Of a stretch of 64,000 bases of DNA, positions 47,156 through 58,251 are shown piece after piece. The stretch is from Babesia bigemina. Taxonomy: Eukaryota. A model generated the notes under the pieces. That model was given only the letters and a program-made list of their open reading frames with translations. It was not told the origin of the DNA and made no database searches. How positions within the stretch are numbered: the first letter of the stretch is position 1; each line of letters opens with the position of its first letter. The stretch covers positions 2,480,001-2,544,000 of the forward strand of contig NC_027218.1 in NCBI RefSeq assembly GCF_000981445.1, in the 5' to 3' direction. A program made the translations under genes and the position numbers.

Positions 47156-48043
47156 ATGGAGTCTGGGCGCCGAACGTCGTCTATATCGTCAAACATCTAC
47201 AGATCGCAGGATGGAAGGACGCGGACGTCAAGCTCGATGAACGACGAAGTCCACATCTCATTGGGCAGCAGTTCGTCGAAGTACGTGAATAGGGACAGCC
47301 ACAGGGATCAAAATCAAGGGCGTAGCTCGACGCGGGATGACGGTCGGGACCGCGGCTCGGACCGCACGAACAGCGCGACTAGAAGTGATGAGAAGGGTGA
47401 GCCCACCATCAAGAAGAAGCCGGAACCCACTGCCGCGGTCACTCCTGACAACGAGGATCTCATCGCAGGCCTGGCGCTGCAGCGGCTGTGCGACGAGAAG
47501 CCGGATCTGGACACCCTAGCGAACTCGCTCATGCAGCTCTACGACCATCTGGAGTTCTCGACCGGCGATCCGGATTCGCGAGCCGAGCTCGTCGACCGGA
47601 TAGCGCTCACGGCGCTCCGGGTCAAGGTCAAGATGGAGTCGCACATCAACCGCGCCAACTGGCGCATGAGGGCGGCGATGCAGTACTCGCGCCATCTCGA
47701 GGCCAAGCGCAGGTGCATCCAGAAGAACGTGAGTGCTCAGCGCCACATACGCGCATTAATTATCGTACAGGTGCCCAGGATCGAGAACAATTTCATGGGT
47801 ATGTGCCGCGACCAGCACAGGAGCAAGGGCGTCAGCGAAATCTACGACCGTCTGTACAAGGTGCTGGGTAAGATCCCAGAAGTGTCGCAGTTGGAGGTCA
47901 GGGAGCAGCGCCTCAAGGCGAAGCACGCGACCATCCTCTCCAACATAGACAACATGCGGCGCCAGATTATCGCCCAAAGATCGCAGCTGGAGACTATCTG
48001 CCAACTCATGGCAGACGTCGCAGCAATGGGGACTTCCTCTTAG
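47156..48043 (+). CDS. THOC7/Mft1-like coiled-coil protein (in-frame 42-bp intron 47729-47770)
   Basis: C-terminal YDRLYKVLGKIP...coiled coil...RSQLETI pattern resembles THOC7; the assignment is tentative. Confidence 0.45.
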   Translation: MESGRRTSSISSNIYRSQDGRTRTSSSMNDEVHISLGSSSSKYVNRDSHRDQNQGRSSTRDDGRDRGSDRTNSATRSDEKGEPTIKKKPEPTAAVTPDNEDLIAGLALQRLCDEKPDLDTLANSLMQLYDHLEFSTGDPDSRAELVDRIALTALRVKVKMESHINRANWRMRAAMQYSRHLEAKRRCIQKNVSAQRHIRALIIVQVPRIENNFMGMCRDQHRSKGVSEIYDRLYKVLGKIPEVSQLEVREQRLKAKHATILSNIDNMRRQIIAQRSQLETICQLMADVAAMGTSS

Positions 48044-48278
48044 AGTCATGCCTCTGTACTGTAATTTAACATGTGTCAATTTTAACACGAGTTTGTGGTT
48101 TGCGCTTTTGCGAAGCTTGACGGTTGTCGAAAATCGCCGTACAAAACTGGATGTTGCTGGCTGCAGATGATGTGGCGCCTGGAAACCTCACCCATACACC
48201 CATCTCTGTGTCCGTTCGCTTATTCGCGTTTTGCCGCGTAGCCATTTATTCGATCCCATGCCGTGGTTGTATCGGACA

Positions 48279-49727
48279 CTACCCAAGAATGCGCCTCAGG
48301 TAGGGACTGCCGGAATTAAGGAGCAGACGCTTGTAGTAAGCGTCCACTGATGCAATCGCAGCACTCAGGTCGACGCTATCGTCCAGCTTCACCGGTGGGA
48401 CGGAGAGCACTGACCACCCGTTGTGTTTCAGGAATGACTGCTTCATCTGCGTGGGGCCCGTGCGCATCGGCGAGCTTGCTTCGGCAGCATCGCAGACACA
48501 CGTGAAGTGGAGCGGACCGTCCACTTCAAGCGCGATCCTCTCGCCGTCGCCTTCTATTGCGATGTCTATGCTCAACAGGTCAGGGGTCAGGAGCTCCACC
48601 TTGTGGGGAACGCCTAGCCGAACTAGCACATCCGACACGTACCTCTGGCTGGTAGAAATCTTGGAGTCCTTGTGACCGTAACGCAGCTCGTGCAAGGTCG
48701 CAAGACAACGGTCGGTGAGCCCATTCTCTTCGATGCCACCCAGCTTCAAACACCGCAGAATCGTGTAGATCTGGTGCAGGTGCGACTTGCGGCGTAGGCC
48801 TGCGCTGGGCTCTGACAACGTCTCCTCCCACAGCCGCTCGATGATAGCGACATCAATCCGGTCTAGGCAGGTGTTGCGCACAGACGCGCCCCAGAAAACT
48901 CGAATGGCCACGCTGCGATCTATCCCGGGTAAACTGCAGAAACGCAGCATCCGCTCAAACAGGTCCTCCAGGGGCATGTCGGGCGCCGTTATAGCAAGCG
49001 CCCATGATGCAATTGCTACTGACTCCTGCATACGCCGGGGGTATGACGGTGGTTCGTGGTTGAGGTATCTGAGGACGTACTCGGAGAACTCACTGCACAG
49101 CACGTCCAGCAGCGCCTTGTGATACAGCCGATTGTCGCCGATGAACTTGAAGTAACGACACCACAGCCTGGGCACGTCACCCGTTGGGTACAGTTTGTTG
49201 CGATAGATATGGTTCGTGATCATCACGAAGAAGTCGCGGTCCATCGACGAGCAGTTCTTCAGCAGGTAGAGCACGCGGCCCATGACGACCGGCGACGTGA
49301 CCTCGCCCAGGTTCTCGAGCAGCTTCAACCGCAGCAAGTTGGTCACGCTTGAATCATCCAGGGTCGCCTGGGACAGCCGCTCCACGAGCCCGCACATGGC
49401 ATACAGGCTGAGTCGGCTGTGGTTCTCCATGACGTAGCGGTACACGTGCTTGGTCCCGCCATCAGCACACTCATGAGTGAGGCGGTCGGCACCATTGTTA
49501 ACACCAGGCACAGACTTGGGCGGCCTACTTTGCACGGCACTGGCTCCGCGGCCCTCGGAGGCTGTTCCCAGCCATCGACAGCCAGGTGCCTTACCTTCAC
49601 AAGTTACGGCATCAATCCGGCATCTAGACAGGACGCTTCTTGCGCGTATCGGGCGCCACACAGCCGAATGCAAGTGCCGGCAGCCATTTCGTGGAGCACC
49701 GTGAGCGAGAAGCAGCCGCTGGTACAT
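48279..49727 (-). CDS. RAP-domain protein, probably mitochondrial
   Basis: C-terminal SIDIAI...IALEVDGPLHF...TGPTQMKQSFLKHNGWSVLSVP is the RAP domain; transit-like N-terminus. Confidence 0.9.
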   Translation of the reverse strand: MYQRLLLAHGAPRNGCRHLHSAVWRPIRARSVLSRCRIDAVTCEGKAPGCRWLGTASEGRGASAVQSRPPKSVPGVNNGADRLTHECADGGTKHVYRYVMENHSRLSLYAMCGLVERLSQATLDDSSVTNLLRLKLLENLGEVTSPVVMGRVLYLLKNCSSMDRDFFVMITNHIYRNKLYPTGDVPRLWCRYFKFIGDNRLYHKALLDVLCSEFSEYVLRYLNHEPPSYPRRMQESVAIASWALAITAPDMPLEDLFERMLRFCSLPGIDRSVAIRVFWGASVRNTCLDRIDVAIIERLWEETLSEPSAGLRRKSHLHQIYTILRCLKLGGIEENGLTDRCLATLHELRYGHKDSKISTSQRYVSDVLVRLGVPHKVELLTPDLLSIDIAIEGDGERIALEVDGPLHFTCVCDAAEASSPMRTGPTQMKQSFLKHNGWSVLSVPPVKLDDSVDLSAAIASVDAYYKRLLLNSGSPYLRRILG

Positions 49728-50514
49728 CACGACGGCATTGCCGTATACCGAACCCTTGAGCAGCGGTAACTATACGGAGCCAACAATACACATTACTTTA
49801 TAGCGGAATTGCGGTGAAAATTAGCGTGAGAGTGGGCGGGGGTGATGGAATCCAAACTGTGGAAGGCGTACACCCATACCGACTCGTAAAAGAGCCAGTT
49901 GCTAAAGCTGGTGTCCGGCATTACCGCGAGAGTGCTTTTTATAGGTGGAATGGTAATTATTGGTGCCTTAATGTGTCGGCAGTGCAGATTACTACGGCAC
50001 AGTGGCATTACGCAGCAGAATCACGAGGTAACGCTGCGGTAGACGAGAACGGCTACAAGGGTTGAGCCAGCACACACACACGCAAAAACCTGTCGCACAC
50101 GTGTGAGCCTTTTCATGTGGCAGCGGCGAGAGCCATAGTGATCGAAATTTAGAAGTGGCACGATGCGTCTAGTAGCACACACACTGAACAACGCAGCGCC
50201 AGTACCGCTGACACTCGCTATTAATTAGCAGGTACGCTACATAACGAAATTGCTGGACTTAAAGATTTCCGCTTCGTCGATACACATTGCTTTGTCCGCG
50301 CAGTCCTCGCAGCGTGTGCTCTGTCCTTATCCCCATACAAGCGAGGCCGGACGTGGAAGGCGAGACGAGGGGCTCCACTTCATCATAACCGAGAGACTCA
50401 ACGTTACGACTCCAATCGCTCCACGAAGTACCGTCTTCCCCAAGATATTATCGCCTCCGTGCGTCCGCGCTCGTACACATTCCACCTCAGCATCTCAGCA
50501 TTAACCTACCCATA

Positions 50515-51416
50515 ATGGCGTTAGTCGATGAAGCGCATCTGCTCATCTGCTTTTCAGGCTCTCTCCGAACGTATTCTGGGCACAGACAAAGGACGCGGTC
50601 TACATGACCGTCGAAGTCGAGCACAACAAGGACACACACATCGACATCAAGGATGAGGCCCTGGCCATCAAGGCGAAGAAGGACGGCAAGGACTACGAAT
50701 GCGTCATCAACTTCTACAAGCCCATCAAGTCCTCAGAGGTCATGAAGGCCGACGAACGCTTCCTCAGGTTCAAGCTCCCCAAGGCTGATGAGGAGAAGTG
50801 GCCAACGCTGAACAACGACGGCAAGAAGCACTGGCTCAAAATCGACTGGGACCGCTGGGTCGACTCTGACGCCGAGGACGACGACGCTGCCAGGGACAAC
50901 TTCGACATGGGTAACTTCGGGAACTTCGGCGACTTCGCGGGCATGAACCCCGGCGCCTTCGACGACGACGATGATGACTACATGGGCGACGACAGCGACT
51001 TCGACAAGAAGGGCGATTGCTGCAGCATCGGCGACTGCGCTTGCGACAAGTGCGAGTGCGGCTCGGTCTGCAAATGCAGTGCCAAGTGCAAGTGCGAGGC
51101 GTGCCCCTGCGAAGTCGACTGTGACTGCGACGCCGAGTGCATGAACGCCAGCGGCTGCTGCAGCAAGGGTGACTGCGCGTGCGACAAGTGCGAGTGCGGT
51201 TCGATTTGCAAGTGCGGTACCAGCTGCAGCTGCGGCGACTGCCCGTGCGACGCCGAATGTGACTGCGGCGCCAAATGCCTGACCACCGGCGGCTGCTGCG
51301 GCAAGGCCGAGTCTGACCGCAAGTGCTGCGAAAACTGCACCTGCGGTAGCGACTGCGCTTGCACCCCCGAGAACATGTGCGCAGCCAACTGCAAGTGTGG
51401 CGTTGCTTCGGCCTGA
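50515..51416 (+). CDS. p23/Sba1 Hsp90 co-chaperone (CS domain) with a metallothionein-like Cys-rich C-terminus
   Basis: SPNVFWAQTKDAVYMTV, WPTL and WLKIDWDRWVDSD are p23 motifs; intron 50520-50557; 41 Cys in the last ~132 aa. Confidence 0.9.
51018..51300 (+). repeat. 138-bp (46-aa) tandem Cys-rich coding repeat, 2 copies plus a divergent third start
   Basis: tgctgc unit starts at 51018, 51156 and 51294; Cys spacing is identical in the first two units. Confidence 0.9.
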
Positions 51417-52167
51417 GCGGCAGTAGCGTGATTTAGCGAATTGGAACGTTAATACTAATCAATCGATAACGTGAACGTAGTTCGAGTTTCATGTAGAACG
51501 CAGTTCTCGATGTAAACGCTTTTTGACATTGTGCTCTGCACCCTCCCAGAATCAACCGTTGCGGGGGGACAAGATGTAGGTGCAACGCATACGCATGGTG
51601 ATGGGAATCTGCGCGTCAAAATGTCGATTCCGTCCATAACACGGCATGGCGTAAGCTTAGATCGGGAAATAGACCTCTCGGATGTATATCTCTAAGGAGT
51701 GTGCATAGGGGCAATCAGCAGTGTCTTATGGTAGGCAGACTCTGCTACGCACGTCGCACTTCTATGGCGATACGTCAGGAATAGTACGGCACTATCACTA
51801 GTAGTCCAACCACGGCAGTGGTGCGTAACCATTAGGCGAAAAGGGGAGATGCGGGACCAGGGAACGTTGGATTCTGTGCCGACCGAGCGATACACTTGAA
51901 AAGGGGCGTTCACACCGGAACACACCGCTCCAACACCAAAATACAAATTAAAACATGGCATATTCCTTTCAAAAACACGGTGAAACATGGCATCGACGTC
52001 GGCAGCTCCAACGCGCCGGGCAGGCGCAGAGCCCCCCACTCCCACGGGACCGCGTGACTAACGGCCGCCCGGCTCAATCACTAAGATCCCACATCGGTAG
52101 AACCGTTTTTTGCCAACATAACAGCCCGTGATATCCTCATTGGCAGGCTTCCTGGCGCGCGATCAAG

Positions 52168-52902
52168 ATGAAGCTCAACCTCGCGAACCCGTACACGGGT
52201 ATGCAAAAGACCGTGGAGGTCGACGATGAAAAGCGCTTGCTCCCCTTTTTCGAGAAGCGTATGGGAGCCGAGGTGCCCGGCGATTCGCTCGGGGACGAGT
52301 TCAAGGGCTACGTCTTCAAAATATCGGGTGGTAACGACAAGCAGGGTTTTCCCATGATGCAGGGTGTTCTCACCGCCAGCCGTGTGAGGCTTCTGCTCAA
52401 GAAGGGTATGAAGTGCTACCGTCCGCGCAGGACCGGTGAAATGCGCCGCAAATCCGTCCGCGGCTGCATCGCCTCACCCGACCTCTCCATCCTCAACCTC
52501 GTTGTCGTGAAAAAGGGCCCCCAGGAAATCGCCGGACTCACTGACGAGGACAGGCCACGCCGTCTCGGTCCCAAGAGGGCTTCCAAGATCCGCAGGCTGT
52601 TCAACCTCGGCCCCGAGGACGATGTCCGCAAGTACGTCATCAGGCGCAAGATCGAGGGCCGCAACAAGACCAGGGCCCCCAAGATCCAGAGGCTCGTCAC
52701 TCCTCAGAGGATCCAGAGGAAGCAGAGGCGCGTTGCCCTCAGGGTAGCGAAGGAGAAGGCCTCCCGCGAATCCCTCAAGGCCTACTTCAAGATGATGGAG
52801 GAGTACAAGGCCTCCAAGGCCCCCGCCACTGAGGCCGAAGCCGCCGAGGTTGCCACCCGCAAGGGTAAGAAGGGAAAGAAGGTACAGAGCGCTGAACAGT
52901 GA
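52168..52902 (+). CDS. RPS6: 40S ribosomal protein S6 (eS6)
   Basis: MKLNLANP...[14 protein letters not shown]...[12 protein letters not shown]...[10 protein letters not shown]. Confidence 0.98.
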   Translation: MKLNLANPYTGMQKTVEVDDEKRLLPFFEKRMGAEVPGDSLGDEFKGYVFKISGGNDKQGFPMMQGVLTASRVRLLLKKGMKCYRPRRTGEMRRKSVRGCIASPDLSILNLVVVKKGPQEIAGLTDEDRPRRLGPKRASKIRRLFNLGPEDDVRKYVIRRKIEGRNKTRAPKIQRLVTPQRIQRKQRRVALRVAKEKASRESLKAYFKMMEEYKASKAPATEAEAAEVATRKGKKGKKVQSAEQ

Positions 52903-53323
52903 ACGTGATTCGTGCTGGCGAGCTTAGAAGGCACTGTGATAGCGGTGGCAATGTGTAGGCAGACTGTAAAGAGGTGGAGGGAGCTAACACGCCGAAATTG
53001 AAGCGCCAAGGCATTGCAAGGCCGTGACGTATTAGGACCCCTAGCCGAACAGCGAGTTTTCCGATGGCGTCCTGGTCGGATGAATCGCAGGCGAACCTAT
53101 ACATCCAAGGGTGGGCAGGCCTATGACCAAAGGTATGCCTACAAAGCCAAGTCAGCCGCAGATGCGCATCTGAGGATGGCAACTGACACCCAGGGCTGCT
53201 CCTACACACCGCCGACTGACGCGGCGGCGGAGAAGCCACCCAACAGGGAGCCGCGGGGCTCCGAGCAATTAGCGCACACTTTTAATTCTATGCCAAATAC
53301 ACGATGCTATTTAGAGACGCAAA

Positions 53324-54266
53324 ATGAGCACCGCTTCGAGTAGGCCTTTGCCGTCGCGAATGTTCGTTTCCGTGGCCGCCGCCGTAACGTGATGCAGGAC
53401 GCTTCAAATCCTGAAGCAAAAGCGAACTAATGCATTCCTCGGGTATTCTCTGCTGAAGCGCAAAAGCGACGCGCTCACGTCGAAATTCAGGAAGCTGCTT
53501 AAGGAAACCATAGAGGTGTGTTGCAGACTTAGTGTCGCCCATACGCCTCAACAGGGCAAGGAAAAGGTCATTGAGGGGTTCAATGAGGCGTCTTACGCGC
53601 TGGCTAACGCGGTCTGGTCGGCTGGAGACTTCAAGTCCCTGGTTGTGGAGTCCGTCGGACGCTCCGCGGTAACGCTGCGCGTCCGCACTGAAAACGTTGC
53701 GGGGGTCATCCTGCCAAACTTCGAGCTCAGAGTTGATCCCACCGTCGATGTTATCGCAAACATTGGACTAACGTCAGGTGGAAACGTCATCCACTCCGCC
53801 AAGACGGCGTATCTGGAGTTCCTGGAGACCCTGACGGCACTGGCATCCCTCCAGGTATGACGTAGCTGTAGCACGTAAAACGGTGCAGGTGTCATTCATG
53901 ATGCTCCAGCAAGAGATTAAAATGACAAACAGGCGTGTCAACGCGCTCGACAACGTAAGACATCTCACGCACCAACTCATGGGATGCAGCTGGTGATACC
54001 CACCATCGACAACCACGTGGAGTACATCAAGCGTGAGCTGGACGAGCTCGAACGTGAAGAGTTCTACAGGTGGGATGCGTCGTGCTACAGTTGTATTCTA
54101 ACCATTACACAGGCTTAAGATGGTGCGCAATATGAACCAAGATGACGATGTGCCTATGAAGCCAGCATCTTCCGGTTCACATGATGGCGGATTTGATAAT
54201 AATTCGAGGAGTTCAGATCCACCGAGCGTTATATTCGACACGGTGGACGATGATATTGTAGTATAA
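53324..54266 (+). CDS. ATP6V1D: V-type H+-ATPase subunit D (6 exons)
   Basis: PSRM, GYSLLKRKSDAL, ENVAGVILP, LASLQ, IKMTNRRVNAL and RELDELEREEFYRLK across spliced exons. Confidence 0.95.
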
Positions 54267-55678
54267 GCCACAATGGCTCAAAAACTATAGGGACGTTAAT
54301 TCTCTTTCATATTGTCTAATGTGCTATGTGGTCACGTTTGGCATGAGCGTATTTCCGTGTTTACCACGCTGACGCCTCTCGTCCGTTGAGCTATACGCGT
54401 TTACCTTCTGGTTTGCTGTCTAATTGAGATGATCGATGTAATTTTTTGGAAAGTTGTGCTTTACTCCGGAGTAATATCCAAACGTGACCAGACTCCTTAA
54501 GGCGTGTCGTACATCTGGGAGCTCCGTCCGGTGCGCCGAGGCTGTGAAGCACTAAATGGACTCTCTACCACGCTATTTTAACTATAATGGATACAAATGC
54601 CCAATAAGGAGCGAAATGTGCGCTTCTAACTCAATGCTAAATCATTCAGGAGATCATCGACTTAGTTATCGGCTTACATTATATAGGCATAATTACTTAT
54701 TGGTAACCCACCCTGATATAATCCTGTCACTCATAGCATATAGAATATTCGACTACCGTTACTAAAATACGTTTGACGAGGTGCTTCATGTCACATCTAC
54801 GTATTAACACTGATGGCCGAACAATGTGGAGCATCGTCACATCGTCCAATGGAGATAAACGAAACGTGCAACACTCTAGTTGCATCTCATGATATCGCTC
54901 ACTGAGAACTCTTTTACTTGGAACCGGCGTTTCTGCACGCCTTTTAAATGTGTGTCTGCGAGTCTACCGACACACATCTACACGGAAGACGGGAAAGCTG
55001 TTGCCAATACGTAAACGCCGACGGACTACTGCTGCGTTGTATATTCACCAAAATGTGGTCATACTGTTCTTAAGTGAACGATCTTGCCGTATGACGTGTT
55101 CGACGCTGGCGTACATCACCTACGGCCCACCAGCAGGCACTCGACCAACTACTCAGCGTCCAGATGTCGCGATCACAACCCTTTATTGCTAAGTGAGACA
55201 TTGTTAGTGACATTGCATTGCTATTTCCCAAGGCCTTGTTATTTGGTAGTCGGCGGATTCATCCGTTACAAAAAGCATATAGATTCCAACCAATTCTCAC
55301 AGCGTGAACGAGAAGTCTAATGTTCTTCCATGTACATTTGTCGTGGTAACGTTGCACGCTGGTTAGATGTATATCGCTTAAAGCTATTTTTCTCCACTAG
55401 GGTCAACCGACACCGCGCTCTTTCCGGCGGGTGGCATACCACACATAAGCGCAACACTCAGCCAACCGTTATAACTCCACATGGTTACTTGGAGCGACTT
55501 ATAGTAATGTGTGTAATGTCAAGACGAGGTCGTTTTCAGCGCGGCGAGGGTCGCCATCTGTGTAATCTGTCCGGGCCCCCTAGTGGGGGGAGCGCGTCGC
55601 CCGGCTCGTTTCTACCGCTAAGGGCCTTACAGTCGTATTATTTACTTTGATAATCGGTGATTCCCATATTCATTTAAG

Positions 55679-56765
55679 ATGGTGCGTTTCGTTTGTTTGT
55701 TGCGGTCTGACTATCCTGCAGGGTATCGACTTGAAGAAGGGCGGTAGGGTTAAGAAGCCCGGACGCAAGGCCTTGGTTAGCAAGGACCCCTACCTGCGTC
55801 TTCTCGTAAAAACCTACAAAACTCTCGCTCGTAGGACGTCGAGCGCGTTCAACCGCACTGTTCTCAAGCGTCTGTTGATGCCCCGACGCTTTAAGGCGCC
55901 CATCTCCCTCTCGAAGTTGATCAAGCACATGAAGGGCAGGGAGAACACCACTGCCGTTGTTGTAGGCACTGTTACAGGTACGTTATTATACCGTGTTTGA
56001 TATTACGTGGGACGTTGGTTGGTCGGTGTGTCGCTTTGTTCTCGCTGTGCTGCACCATTGCGTGGTTCGTATTCCGCGTGGTTTCGGCGTTGCCCGACTC
56101 CATCTACTCTTTGTGTGTACGGTGGTTGTTGCTAACTTTTGTTGGTTCATGTAAAGGACATGATGATGTACGTTTCTACTGAATCGCGACGGTCTTCTGA
56201 CTCTGCTGGAGAGGGTAGAACTTACTGATTCCTCGACGCATGGCAATTGTCGCGTATTGTTGCATTGGCACATTTGTTGTTGGCTCATCTGTGCATTTTG
56301 TTGTTGGGTTTTTCTGTACTCGTATGTTCTTGCTGTTGCCATGAGTTATGGCATGAGACATAGGCAACGGGTTTTTCATGACTTGTTACTTTCTATAGTG
56401 CGTGCATTGTTCGTATGACTCAATATTTAATCGTTTGGATCGCGTATGACTCCTTATCAGATGACTTGAGGGTCAACGAGGTGCCCAAGTTGAGCGTGTG
56501 CGCTTTGCGTATCACCCGCACTGCTCAGGCTCGTCTTTTGAAGGCAGGCGGTGAGGTTCTCACCTTCGACGAGCTCGTTGCTCGCTCCCCCACCGGATCT
56601 AAGTGCACGCTTTTGCGCGGTGCCACCAAGGCCCGTGAGGCCGAGAAGCACTTCGGCAAGGCCCCTGGTACCCCCGGGTCGTCCACCAAGCCGTATGTGC
56701 GCTCTAAGGGCCGCAAGTTCGAGAAGGCGCGTGGTCGCAGGAAGTCTTGTGGTTTCAAGGTGTAA
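55679..56765 (+). CDS. RPL18: 60S ribosomal protein L18 (eL18); introns 55682-55721 and 55978-56460
   Basis: MGIDL...DPYLRLLVK...VVVGTVTDD...[20 protein letters not shown]. Confidence 0.97.
56155..56233 (+). ncRNA. Intronic box C/D snoRNA (U35/snR73-like guide)
   Basis: AGGA/TCCT terminal stem, box C ATGATGA (56160), D' CTGA (56197) and D CTGA (56225); antisense elements complementary to conserved LSU rRNA. Confidence 0.85.
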
Positions 56766-58251
56766 TCGGACTTATTCTAAAAATTCTTTATTAGGGATTC
56801 ATTGGGTTATAGTATTAGGGGGCGAGTTGTCGGGTGAATGTTGCTTTGTGCTCGTTGTGTCTTGGGTGCCGCAATTATTTGCTGGCGTGTAATGCAAATA
56901 ATATAGTGAGATGCATCAAGGCCTTGCCGTTAGTGGTGAGTTGCTGTGAATTGATTAGCTACGTCTGGCGTGGACGAATATAGCTGTTATTGGCGTGCAC
57001 TTCACAATGACAACGTGCAATTATTGCTAGTTGTGCGGGAGTGGGTCGAGAATACTCACTGAACGAACTAATCGCGTATCCGTCTCTGCCACTGACGCCG
57101 ACACAACGCACGATGCATTAGGCTGTGTTTCAGGTCGACCGCAGTAGTGTGGGTGACTAAGTACGACATAACACTTTTGTATTGCATTTCAATCACGCGA
57201 ACATCTCCTATTGTAGGCTGCGGGTCCCACCTCGTGCTGTTGCCGAACGTCACTAGTGTCATCCATTATTGAAACCATCCTGTCTGGGTGGGCGGTTACT
57301 TACAAAGTTGTATTGTTCTCTGCTATCTATGCTATTCGTCACATAAGGCAGCGACTTGAAAATTGTCTGATAGTCAAATAACCTTCCTCTGTTATCCTTA
57401 GCCAAGTCACTGCTTCCTCCTCTTGCACTTCTCCGTCTCCATTAGGTTGTCCTTGTCTGTGATCCTACTTTTCCACCATTGTTAGTGTATTCTTCCTCTT
57501 ATTAGAGACCGCTGTGCTTGGGCGGTTATGTTCCTCGGCCTCGTACGTTGACCTACATAATCCCTTGTTTCAATGGGCAAACACCTGGTCAATCATATTC
57601 TCAACTCATTCGGTCACCATTCATCCGAGTCCATTGCCGCCATTTTTTATCATCACAATTTATGTGTGCTGTCGTTGCGTCATGTTCGAAAACATCGCGC
57701 ATTGAAGGTTTAATCCCTTAGGAAGGCTGCGCTGTGAATTATGTGTTGCTACTACATATACCAGAGCTTTATACCATGCAGCGGTTCACACGATTCCTGG
57801 CCGATAGTCCCACTATTGTGTAATGAATATGGTCTCCATTATATGGGCGGATTTGGTGCTAGTGGGTCTCATCTGTTATTGCTACGGAGCGTGAGAGGAC
57901 TCGCTTTGAACCTTACAGCGCGGGTTGCATTACATTTTGCTATTACTTCGTGTCGTATAATAATGTAATGTATAAGGTAGGCATATGTTAGCATCCAGAG
58001 TGGATTAGAATTTCAAGCTGTTTGTACAGTGCAGATTTCGAAGCAGAGATAGACAATGCTTGTTTTGCCTTGAAATAGATATACAGCTTATATATGGTAC
58101 CGCCATAATTAATGTAGTTGGGGACGCTGTGAAAAGTACACGCCAGCCGTCCACTGCGTATCACATTTTCGCAGCGGAGCCGGGGATTTGCAGCCCCGAT
58201 TTGCTCGTCGGTTGTTTTTAGATGCGAATGAGGTGTTCTCACATATCTAAA

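Noticed and set aside
31541..48088. Many long antisense or alternate-frame ORFs overlapping core genes
   Set aside because: Explained as shadow ORFs caused by high GC3 in the real genes.
52940..53280. Structured ncRNA or ORF between RPS6 and V-ATPase D
   Set aside because: No snRNA, SRP or tRNA signature recognised; the ORFs lack supporting motifs.
54400..55500. Possible small multi-exon gene on the minus strand
   Set aside because: Some splice-like signals, but no consistent reading frame could be assembled.
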